A stretch of DNA of 63,985 nucleotides, the filler included, from Octopus bimaculoides (taxonomy: Eukaryota), in NCBI RefSeq assembly GCF_001194135.2. It is 7 parts of 7 records of this genome, joined end to end, with 100 filler letters (N's around TTAATTAATTAA, not from the genome) between each part and the next. Parts side by side here need not be neighbours in the genome. Positions count along the whole stretch, not along the records: positions 25,882 to 31,887 come from NW_026302232.1; positions 31,988 to 40,702 come from NW_026295557.1; 5 more parts are not named here. One strand, written 5' to 3'. Numbering within the stretch: the stretch's first letter is position 1; every line of letters begins with the position of its first letter. The position numbers were made by a program, and so were the translations under genes. Shown piece after piece: positions 27,030-38,114 of this stretch. The notes beneath the pieces were generated by a model. It worked only from the letters and a program-made list of their open reading frames with translations, was not told the origin of the DNA and did no database searches.

Positions 27030-29110
27030 GGTGTGTGTGTGTGTGTGGGGTATGATCTGCTCTGGGTGAGGTCTTTGTGGTGGTGGACGTTAAGCTTGTA
27101 TAGGCTGTATTGCCTGATATGTGGTGTGGAGGAGTACACTCTCGGCCCACCCCAGGTGGCACATGCTCTCACTCTATCATTGGTGTATGTTTGCATGTGC
27201 GTGAGTGCAAGCATGCATATATAGAGGTGTATGTGTTCATGTATATGAATGTATGCATTTGTATAAGTGTGTGTGTATATATGTGCATGTGTGAATGCAT
27301 AAATGCATATGTACATGTGTAAGTGCATGCATGTGTATGTATATGTTTGCATGTTAGTATATATGTGTGAAAGTAGTGTATATATAATAATATACAATAT
27401 ATATGCATGAGTATCAGTGAGTGTATATGAGTAATGTGCACAAGAAAGTGTATAGGCATTATGTATGTTTACAAGTAAGTGAATGCATGTATATAAGGAT
27501 GTTGTACATATAATATGATTTTGTGTGCCAGTATGTATATACATGCATTTGTGTGTGTGCATATATATATACCTGTATGTACATATATGCATATATGAAT
27601 ATATATGAGTAAGCATGTGTGTTTGTGTGCAATGTAGCTGTATGTATTGGTGTCTGTAATGTATGTATATACATGTAATTGCGGATGTGCATACATGTGT
27701 GCACATATGTATGAACATGTGCTTTTGTATATGTGTGTACGAAGATTTGTTTTAGGTGTGCATGTGCATATGTGTGCATTTGTATACATTTATATATGTG
27801 CATGTATGAGTAGATATGCATTTTTATGTGCTTGTATGTATGTGCAAATAAGTATGTATATATATGTGCATGCATATGTACGTGCAACTGTGTTTATGTA
27901 CATACACATACATGTGTGCATTGCATGTACATGTGTTCATATGTATATGAATAAATGTGCATGCAGGCATGTATGCGTAAATGTGCATGTGTGCATGAAT
28001 GCGTTATTTTGGTTTCAGCCTCACCCACTTCCCATCAAAATCCCACATCAATAATTTAGGGGCTCAGAATGATCTTTGGGTCTTTCCAAACTTTGCAATT
28101 ATAATTATTCCAGTCTAATAGCTTATTTGATGGGAGTAACAATTTTTTTGCTCATTTATTAAGTTTTTACTTAAGCAAGTATATACATATGCACACGCAC
28201 ACACACACACACACATACATATATAGACACACACATTTGTGTGTATATATATATATATATATGTATTATACACACATACATACATACTTACATATGCATC
28301 ATACATATAGGCATATGCTCATCCATACCTATATATGTATTCCTTCTCTCACTCTCACCTCTGTATGCGTGTGTATTTAATCTTATCTATATTAACATCA
28401 TCATCACCATCATTGCTGTTGTTGTTGCTGTTGTTACACCTATCACATTGAATGAGCAATCTCTCTTCCGATTCCCTGAAGAAAGACATCACAGCAGTTT
28501 AGAGAATACAAAGCCTGGTATTGAACCCCACTCCACATTTGCAAAAGCACACACAGACATGTGTGCCCCCACACACAATCAGCATTCTGCCTTCTCTCTT
28601 CATGCAAAGGTCTTCTCTACTGAAAGCTGTGTGGGTGCGTGCATTTCCTTGCATAAATGTAGATGTGTGTATGAGTGTATGCAATTGTCTGTGTGTCTGA
28701 AGGTGTGTGTATGCATGTATGAAGGTATGCATATGTGTGTATGAAGGTATGTGTATGTGTGTGTGAGAGAGAAAGACTGTGTGTCTGGCTTTCTGTTTCT
28801 CTATCGACATCTGTGTGTATGTGTACATATGGCAATTTGTGAAAGGTTATTTGCCAACTTCTTCTCATGTATGTATGTATGTATTGGTGTATATATGTGC
28901 ATGTGTATGTATTTATGCATAGATGCAATGTATATATGTACATGTATACCGCCTTCCTATCTATCTATCTATGTGTGTGTGTGTGTGTGTGTGGTGTGCA
29001 CATATATGTATATGTATGCATGCATGTATGTATCTATGTATAGATATTTGTATTGTATATATATATATACACACACACACACACATATGTATGTTATCTG
29101 TCTGTGTATC
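27030..29110. repeat. Cryptically simple (TG/TA) degenerate microsatellite field
   Basis: Read directly; accounts for the H/T/Y/V/C-rich spurious ORFs. Confidence 0.9.
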
Positions 29111-30589
29111 TGTCTGCCTGTGTCATTAGTGTTAAAGCTCTTTACATGATAGATTGCTAATTAACATGAGGGTGTGGTGTAACCAAGAGTGTTGCAGAGG
29201 CCAGGGAAGACTGTGGTAGGGAGAGAGTGTGAAAGAAGGGGAGAGGAGAGGGTAGAGGAACAAATGATGCTTTGGGGGTGGTGAGAGATAAATATAGACA
29301 ATAGATCCCTGCTCCCCAACATACCACCAAACCAGTCATCAACACAACCACAACCAACACCAGGACCACTTATACCCCTGTACTATAATTGTAGCATACA
29401 GCCAAAATGCAACCACCACCACCACAATCATCATCATCATCATCACAAGAACCATGATTACTATCCTCACCACTAGCTACACCACCACCAATACCATGAC
29501 CACCACCACAAATTCCACAGTTACAACAACTGATCCAATGAACATAATAACTATCACATCACTACCACAACCCATCAACATTTCAAACACCACCACTAGC
29601 ACCACAACCATTGTCTCCAATACCACCAAGGGCTTAACCAACCACTGTAACACTGAGCGCTGTATCATTTGTATGATGTTGAAAATATTCCAACACCTCT
29701 GCTCCAATGATGTTGACATCAACTTTAAAATTCACTCAAAGTTTGGTCGCCATGCCAACTGCTCTCTGCAAAAATCATCCTCACATCACAGCACTAAGGG
29801 GCCTGCTCCCTTTAACATCAAGCCATGACACTTAATAGAAGAAAAAGATCTCATAACATTCAAACAACTCCTGGGCCAACATCTCCAATAAGTCCCAGGT
29901 AAACTAACAACACACTTGAATACATTTCTGCAAACAACTCTTTACTTGAATGAAATTTGGTTCCTCAACAAAGACTGTAACATGAAACATCATTGAATGT
30001 CTTGTATGTATGTATGTATGTATGTATGTGTGTGTGTGTGTGTGTGTTGTATATTTTTAAGCATCTTTTTATATTTATATTTTATACTCTTTTTTTATAT
30101 TCTTATCTTTATATTCTCTCATATTCCTTTTTTTAATATTTATATATATATACATGTAATTTTTTTATATCTTTCTTTTATCTTATTCTTTTTATGCACA
30201 CAGAGGGAGGGTCCCTAAGGCAGTTGGTGAGGAAGACTGAGCCAAACCATCTTCTGGCAGCCCCTGGTGTGGAGAGAAAACTTCTAGCCACTGGATCCAC
30301 AGGTGGAGGATAGGAGAAAGGCCTTCAGATATGAAGCTTAACCGTGAATATAAAATTAAACAGTTCTAGAGCAAAAACATTGAGAAGAGTAAAGCTCAAC
30401 AATGAAAAAATTGCAACTTTGAATTACAGGAAGTTGGTGGATGCAAGCTTCAACAAACTGATTCATTGGATCCATGCAATTTCTGCCCCACTGAAGAAGA
30501 TCCTCTCTCTACTAATGAGGAAATGCAATCTGCAGGAGGAGTATGCAACCCCTGTCAGTAGTAAGCTATTGAAAGGCCAAAATGACAAG

Positions 30590-30782
30590 GTGCCTTCCAC
30601 ATGCCACTGGCATGTGTGCTTATTACGTGCCATTGGCGCTGGCCATGACCACAATTCACTTAGCTTGATGTATCTTCTTAAGAAAGAGCAAGTTGCCAAA
30701 AGTCTCCATCACTTGTCATCCCTTAGTGGGGTTCGAACAATTGAAGATCATATTTCACCACCTCATCCCATGTCTTCCTGGA
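30590..30782 (-). mobile_element. RTE LINE 3' fragment
   Basis: RKTWDEVVKYDLQ matches RKTWDELVKHDLR at about 39605; gtggcacgtaa-type UTR motif follows. Confidence 0.75.
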
Positions 30783-31442
30783 GAGAGAGAGACAGACAGA
30801 CAGATAGAGAGAGTGAGGGAGTGTGTAATTCAATGCTAGTTTTGAAAACTGAGCCAAAAGCAATGCTAGTGATTGCTTTTGGCTGTTTATTCTGGGAATG
30901 TTCTGTTTCAAGAAATTCACGAAGAGAATATCCAACATCACACACACATGATGTGTGTATCTGTACAAGCAGATGCACATGCACACACATATACACATTC
31001 TTTCCACAAACACACACATATACACATATGCACTTATACACTTAAGCACACACACAGTCATATACACACATAAACATACAACATATATAACACACACTCA
31101 CACAGATGCACACACATAAATATTTAGGGATATATGATTTACATATATAAATAAATTTCTCATTAATCTAGACATATATGAATGTAATAACATTAATATG
31201 CAGATATAGGTCTATTTAAATACTAATATTCACCTAAGTAACATCTATGTATGGCTACACACACACACACACACACATATGTAAACATGTCTATATCTAT
31301 CTATTTATCTATCTATACACACACATACAAACATATGTATGAATGTATGTATATATAAACATTTGCTTATATATAAATTATATATGCATGAATACATGTA
31401 CATTTATATATGTATATGTGTGTGTGTATACATACACATATA

Positions 31443-31540
31443 GGCGTGGCTGAATGGTAAGAAGCTTGCCTCCCAACCACATGGTTCTGGGTTTAGTCCC
31501 ACTGCATGGCACCTTGGGCAATTGTCTTCTACTATCGCCT
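31443..31540 (+). mobile_element. Family-B SINE 5' head (duplicated at 31809-31887)
   Basis: ggcgtggctgaatggtaagaagcttgc...gggtttagtccc A/B boxes. Confidence 0.75.
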
Positions 31541-31988
31541 CAGTATGTATGCATACGTTACACATAAACTAATACATACATATGTGGGTGTGTATATATA
31601 TATATATATATATATANNNNNNNNNNCACACACACACACACACATATGTAAACATGTCTATATCTATCTATTTATCTATCTATACACACACATACAAACA
31701 TATGTATGAATGTATGTATATATAAACATTTGCTTATATATAAATTATATATGCATGAATACATGTACATTTATATATGTATATGTGTGTGTGTATACAT
31801 ACACATATAGGCGTGGCTGAATGGTAAGAAGCTTGCCTCCCAACCACATGGTTCTGGGTTTAGTCCCACTGCATGGCACCTTGGGCANNNNNNNNNNNNN
31901 NNNNNNNNNNNNNNNNNNNNNNNNNNNNNNNTTAATTAATTAANNNNNNNNNNNNNNNNNNNNNNNNNNNNNNNNNNNNNNNNNNNNA

Positions 31989-32691
31989 ACGGAGCTGCAA
32001 ATGCAAAATATATGTTGGTCCTAGAGCGCACAATGTTCCTGTAACAAGTACAACATTAGTAAATATAACAATAAATATCACAACAATAAGATTAGTATCT
32101 CTGAATCTAATTATAATAGAATCAAGTTTTTAAGCGTGAATGCTAGGACCAAAAATGTGGTTCATCAATGTAAGGTAATGACTAACACAGATGTCACGCA
32201 TTACATTGGTTGCTCTTCATCGCAGGTCTCTAGGAGAATCTCTAACCATTACTCATCCTTTAGGGATAGGAATAAAAATAATAGTACCAGTCTTAGTAAG
32301 TTAATCTGGAAACTTATGGACTGCAATAAAAAAGTCTCTTTGGAATGGTCAATACTGGCTACCTCAATACCCTACGACAAGGGTAAAGATTTTTGTCCTC
32401 TCTGTAACTTGGAGCTATTTCACATTCTGTTCTCCAAGAATAATTTAGTGAACCAGATAACACAGAGAGCATACAGATACCAGCATTGGAGGAAACACAC
32501 CATCAGCTTGTTTCATTAATTTCTTCCTTTTTACCAATTTTAGTTATTATTATTTTTTTCACCAACCAACATACTCACTAGTTGACAGCCACTTTACATG
32601 TGGTATGAACTATCACCCCACTTTGTATTTATTTTTATTTAACTTTAGACAATAACAATAATAGTAATAATAATAAATTTATTTTTACACT

Positions 32692-32727
<36 letters not shown>

Positions 32728-33430
32728 AATAATAACATTATAATATTATCTAAAATAACAACTATATCTAACTCCAACGCCAGTTGTTTACCCTCTCTCT
32801 CCTTCTGTAGTTTAGTACAGCAGGTTTAACCCCCGAAGAGTTATATTCGTAAAGTTTTAAGTATATTTATATATATTTACATATTTACTTTCGATTTTGT
32901 TTTTGCAAGCATGTTTATTCTTATTATTTCATCACTTTATCGTTTTGTACCTTGTATTGCCATTTATTTAGGTTAATTACTGTAACTTAATATGATACAA
33001 CATTAATGGTTAATTATATTTACAATCCATCTTTAATTTTCCTTCCTTATAAACATTATATTTACATTAGTCGTGTATAAAGAATTCATTGGATTCTCTC
33101 CCTTCCTCCTTCCAAATTACAATGAATTTTTATTACCATTATTATTAACTTTAAGATTTTTCTACGGTTCATTATGTCTTCCTTTAATTTAAACTCTTAG
33201 AATAGCGTTCATAGCCTCTCTCCCTAAACAGCTCCCTATAAACTAGTGTTTTTGTTTCTAATGGTCATATAAATTAGCTATATAGTGGTAGTCCTCGTAC
33301 GTAACCTTAGCATTCAGCGCAAGTCTTGCATTTGTAATATGGTTCCCTGATGATGAAATTATATGTATACCAGCATCTCTTACTTCTTTGGAGTAAAGTG
33401 CATATAATTTTTGAAACATATGTAGGAATT
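31989..33430 (+). mobile_element. Penelope-like element 3' part: linker plus GIY-YIG ORF (32136-32519), long AT-rich 3' UTR and hammerhead
   Basis: VVHQCKV...HYIGCS...RRISNHYSSFR...NSTSLSKLIWKL...EWSI...PY...CPLCNLE...LVN. Confidence 0.85.
33341..33430 (+). ncRNA. Type I hammerhead ribozyme, core intact
   Basis: Stem I GGUUCC/GGAAUU; CUGAUGA at 33347-33353; about 13-bp stem II gaaauuauaugua/ugcauauaauuuu; GAAA at 33413-33416; stem III AC-AUAU-GU; GUA triplet, predicted cut after 33424. Confidence 0.85.
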
Positions 33431-33805
33431 AAAGGATCTTATTGATTTTGCTCCATTTATTATTATTCTTTATGTATGTATATGTATATGCATGCATGTA
33501 TATATACGTGTATATATATATGCATATATATGTATATGCATATATATGTATATATATGTATATTTATGTATATATATGTATATTTATGTATATATATATG
33601 TATATAAATAATTATGTGTATTTCTTCTATCTTAATGAATAAAAATTCTTCTGATAGAATAAATGGGTTAATAGAAACCAATGTAGCAAAGAACACAAAA
33701 TAACTGTGGTTTAGTTCCTGTTTTTAAGGCAGGAACTCCTTGAAATTTTGGTTATTTGAGTATATTTAAGGATTGGAGAAAACGCATGTTATAATTGCAT
33801 ACTTT

Positions 33806-33880
33806 ATTCCTACATATGTTTCAAAGGATTACAACCTGTGTGTTCCATAGGGATCTTTGATATTAAAACTGTAACCTTCT
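33806..33880 (-). ncRNA. Type I hammerhead ribozyme; the CUGAUGA half is predicted to lie in the adjacent gap
   Basis: GAAACAUAUGUAGGAAU identical to the + copy; stem II gaagguuacag/uuguaauccuuu begins exactly at the gap edge. Confidence 0.65.
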
Positions 33881-34807
33881 NNNNNNNNNNNNNNNNNNNN
33901 NNNNNNNNNNNNNNNNNNNNNNNNNNNNNNNNNNNNNNNNNNNNNNNNNNNNNNNNNNNNNNNNNNNNNNNNNNNNNNNNNNNNNNNNNNNNNNNNNNNN
34001 NNNNNNNNNNNNNNNNNNNNNNNNNNNNNNNNNNNNNNNNNNNNNNNNNNNNNNNNNNNNNNNNNNNNNNNNNNNNNNNNNNNNNNNNNNNNNNNNNNNN
34101 NNNNNNNNNNNNNNNNNNNNNNNNNNNNNNNNNNNNNNNNNNNNNNNNNNNNNNNNNNNNNNNNNNNNNNNNNNNNNNNNNNNNNNNNNNNNNNNNNNNN
34201 NNNNNNNNNNNNNNNNNNNNNNNNNNNNNNNNNNNNNNNNNNNNNNNNNNNNNNNNNNNNNNNNNNNNNNNNNNNNNNNNNNNNNNNNNNNNNNNNNNNN
34301 NNNNNNNNNNNNNNNNNNNNNNNNNNNNNNNNNNNNNNNNNNNNNNNNNNNNNNNNNNNNNNNNNNNNNNNNNNNNNNNNNNNNNNNNNNNNNNNNNNNN
34401 NNNNNNNNNNNNNNNNNNNNNNNNNNNNNNNNNNNNNNNNNNNNNNNNNNNNNNNNNNNNNNNNNNNNNNNNNNNNNNNNNNNNNNNNNNNNNNNNNNNN
34501 NNNNNNNNNNNNNNNNNNNNNNNNNNNNNNNNNNNNNNNNNNNNNNNNNNNNNNNNNNNNNNNNNNNNNNNNNNNNNNNNNNNNNNNNNNNNNNNNNNNN
34601 NNNNNNNNNNNNNNNNNNNNNNNNNNNNNNNNNNNNNNNNNNNNNNNNNNNNNNNNNNNNNNNNNNNNNNNNNNNNNNNNNNNNNNNNNNNNNNNNNNNN
34701 NNNNNNNNNNNNNNNNNNNNNNNNNNNNNNNNNNNNNNNNNNNNNATATACATATATATATACGTACATATACATATATAAGACCTGTTGAGGCAAGTGA
34801 AATCGAA

Positions 34808-36408
34808 CTGCAGATGGTCACACCGCTTGCGAACCCCTCCTGATTTGGTATATAATATGAATGCATTTACAATGCTCATGTTTACTATATACCAAACCAG
34901 GTATGCCACCATTTATTACCCGGTCTACCAACCGGATAATAACTCATCATCTAGTTCAGCCGATCTACACCACCCATGTACCTGTTATAATCAAGGTTCA
35001 CAAACGGAGTGCCATTTTCATCTACATATGGTTGTGCACCAGTAGATAGAAAATTTATCTGCCTCTTATCTCTATGCGGTTGCTAGCAGATTTCCTTTCT
35101 GCCGTTGGATTATTTCACCTCTTTTTTTAAATTTTGCTTTTTTTATATCCAACAGCAGTCCTTTTCTACTAGCCATTATTGTAGCACACGTATACGTTGC
35201 CACAGCTTCTAAATCCACCGCAAGTTTGACCGAACTAAAAAATCGGTCAAAAAATAATATACTGCCCTGGTTATGGTATGGACGTGATAAATTCCAGACC
35301 ACATCGTACCCCAGGCCACTAACATTATTGTTTCTTTTCCCTGTATAAAAACTAAATCCACAGCAGTACCCAGTATTTGCCTCACAAATTTTCCAAACTT
35401 TGATCCCCCATTTTGTGGGCTTTCCTGGCATATACTGTTGGAAGTGTACCCTTCCTTTATACCCAACCATGCCCTCATCGACGGACAAGTATCTCACAGG
35501 CTTGTAAAATGTTTTATATGCATTTTGAACGCAGTCGATGAGGGGTCTTATTTTAAATAAGGGATCAAAGTTTGGTTCTCCACGTACTGGGGTACTACTA
35601 GTGTCTCTCACATGTAAATATTGATTCAGCTTCACGAATCGTACTCTCGTCATAATACTAGAAACATACTGATCACCAAAAGGTTCCTGATTGCTCCAGT
35701 AATTTGTTATTCTGGGTAATTGCCTTATACCCATAATAATATTTATGGCAAAAAATGCCCGTACTTCATCTACGGTTGCAGGAAACCACAAGCTATCTTT
35801 TTTTCCGGCTTGTTTACATTCTGCGTAACGGTTTGTTTCCGCAGTAATTGCTTCAAACAAGCATGCTGGAAAAAATAGGAAAAAGAAGTCTAATGGTTTT
35901 GCTTCCTGAGAAAGACTATGGGTAGACCCCGTCTCCTCAGAAAAATTGTTAATAAAAATATTTTAAAAATCATAACACCATTCTGGTGTAATATCATCCT
36001 CGCTGTCGCTGTCTTCAGAATCGCTGGTTTCAGTTTCGGATACAGAAATATCCGATTCATTTTTGTCCACCAAGTGCTTCTGTAGCTCATTCATTCTTTT
36101 CTTCGATATCTCCATATCTTCGGTTGAAAAACCTTCAAATTCGGAACCACTGCTTGATAGCAAGAAACTCCTCTCCATCTTTAAAGTTGAAAAAAATCGA
36201 TGTCGCAAAAAATGTGGAAAAAAATCTTCCAAAATTCACTGAGTTCAAATATCACGCCAAACAATGTCGGATACAATAACTCAACTGTTTGCAAAGTGGA
36301 ATCATGTGTTTTAACGAATGTAATAACGAGATTTGGGTTCAAATATACGTTTAAATAACTATGGGTACACTCAGCCGGCTACGGCCGGCTTAGTAACGAA
36401 AGGGTTAA
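34808..36408 (-). mobile_element. piggyBac transposon, pseudogenised PGBD4-like transposase, 3' end missing
   Basis: ORF 35072-35860 with SVDEGM and FDRFF, then GGVD beyond an in-frame stop; acidic N-terminus 35963-36232; TTAA (36405-36408) plus CCCTTT terminus; subterminal palindrome agccggc-tacg-gccggct (36373-36390). Confidence 0.92.
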
Positions 36409-36420
36409 TGGAAAATTGGA

Positions 36421-36527
36421 TTCAACACATATGCACATTTCAAAAGACAATATAAATATGTAAGAAACAAATTATAATCATAGTAATTATAATAAAATTT
36501 ATGCATTGTCATTCTCATCAGTGTGAA
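36421..36527 (-). ncRNA. Type I hammerhead-like ribozyme, stem III degenerate
   Basis: caca-CUGAUGA (36521-36515), stem II gaaugacaaug/uauugucuuuu, GAAAA-ugugc-AUA-ugug; lies at the end of a T-rich (minus strand) PLE-like UTR 36410-37230. Confidence 0.65.
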
Positions 36528-37357
36528 GAATTTTTGGAAGGACATCAAAATAGGTTTAATTAAATAAAATTAACATAAAGATACAATAAGGGAGAATACA
36601 AAAGTGGTAATAGGGAAAAATCAGATATTTACAAGCAAGTTGTAAAAGGGAAAAAATAACAGTAATAATAGAGAGACAAAAGAGAAAAAGAGACAAACAT
36701 ATGTATGCAAGTCTATATGTGCAGTACACTATAACATAAAAATAAAAATCTAACGGATATGTTTAAAGAAATAGTAACAGGTCGAGACAAATTGTAATGT
36801 AAACAAGGCCTCGTATGTATAGTAGAATATAACACAACATGTGCACTAGCAGAAAAAAGCCATAGAGAATTATACATATACATATTAATATTAAAAAATG
36901 AAAAAGCATTTATATTATTACACAAGGCTAAAGTTGATAGGGAAGACTAAGTTTGAAAAAGGTACAATACTTAAGTAAAAATGTACATACAAGCAGAGAA
37001 AAAAACCAAAGAGAACTTAAGAAAGAAAAAGCTTTGATCACAGACAGGACTGGTTGGTGTATTCAAGAGAGTTACTTTACTCAAAAAACTAGCCTATGGT
37101 ATGGGAGACAATGAGAAAAAATAGGAACAAAAACGAATATATGAAGGAGAAAATTATTATAAATTTACAAGTAATATAAAAAAACGTACACAGTTAACAC
37201 ACAAGGTTATACAGTCATACATACATATACACATGCACACACACAAACGTGCATACACTCACACATACACATACATGGACGCAAGTGAAAGAGAAGATAC
37301 AAGTCAAAGGAGTATGTATTCACATGCAACGTATATATGTATCTATCTATCTATCTA

Positions 37358-37401
<44 letters not shown>

Positions 37402-37410
37402 GTCAGATAC

Positions 37411-37455
37411 CGGCCATGATGAAATACCACAAGGTATTGAAAATACGTATTCGCC
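37411..37455 (+). ncRNA. Degenerate hammerhead-like motif
   Basis: (A)UGAUGA-aauacc-ACAA-gguauu-GAAA-auac-GUA; C3 lost and stem I poor. Confidence 0.4.
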
Positions 37456-37661
37456 TTTATATATTTAATCCTTTATATTGAACACTCAATATTTCATGTA
37501 TTCAATAAGACATATTCCATATATTCAGTAAGACATTCAATACTTCATTTCATTGTACCATCCATTTTAATATTATATATTATATATTCCATATCCCACA
37601 TTAATTTCACAAGAATATAAATAAAACATAAAAAACAGACAGAGTTGGAACTCTTTTAAAT

Positions 37662-37700
<39 letters not shown>

Positions 37701-37905
37701 CACACACACATATACACACATACAAACATATATACATAGAGATACCTACAAACACATACATAAAACATAAACATGCACATACATGTACACACACACACAC
37801 ATATACATATATGTATATGCACACACACGCATGTACACACATACAGACATATAAATACATACAATACACACTCATATATACACACATACAAAAACATGCA
37901 TACAC

Positions 37906-37952
<47 letters not shown>

Positions 37953-38114
37953 TATATACACACATATATACGAAATTTACACACATACATTTGTACACAC
38001 ATACATACAAATACACACATATATACACATATAAGAAGACACATATGTTGATGCAAATACACTAAAGAGAAAACATATATAAAAGAACCTATAGAAATAT
38101 GCACATATATAAGA

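Noticed and set aside
29454-29828. Thr-rich mucin-like ORF
   Set aside because: Derived from degenerate (CAC/CAT/AAC)n repeats; no splice signals recognised.
30205-30345. Possible HDV-like ribozyme in an RTE-like 5' region
   Set aside because: Could not assemble the nested pseudoknot by eye; needs a descriptor search.
30344-31045. 233-aa ORF
   Set aside because: Chance read-through across a possible RTE 5' relic, an antisense RTE 3' fragment and microsatellites.
31257-31887. Exact ~260-bp duplication (31257-31519 vs 31627-31887)
   Set aside because: Identical copies on either side of a 10-N gap; most likely an unmerged contig overlap.
32825-32862. CCGAAGA...GTAAA hammerhead-like string in the PLE UTR
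   Set aside because: Both core halves are altered and there is no convincing stem II.
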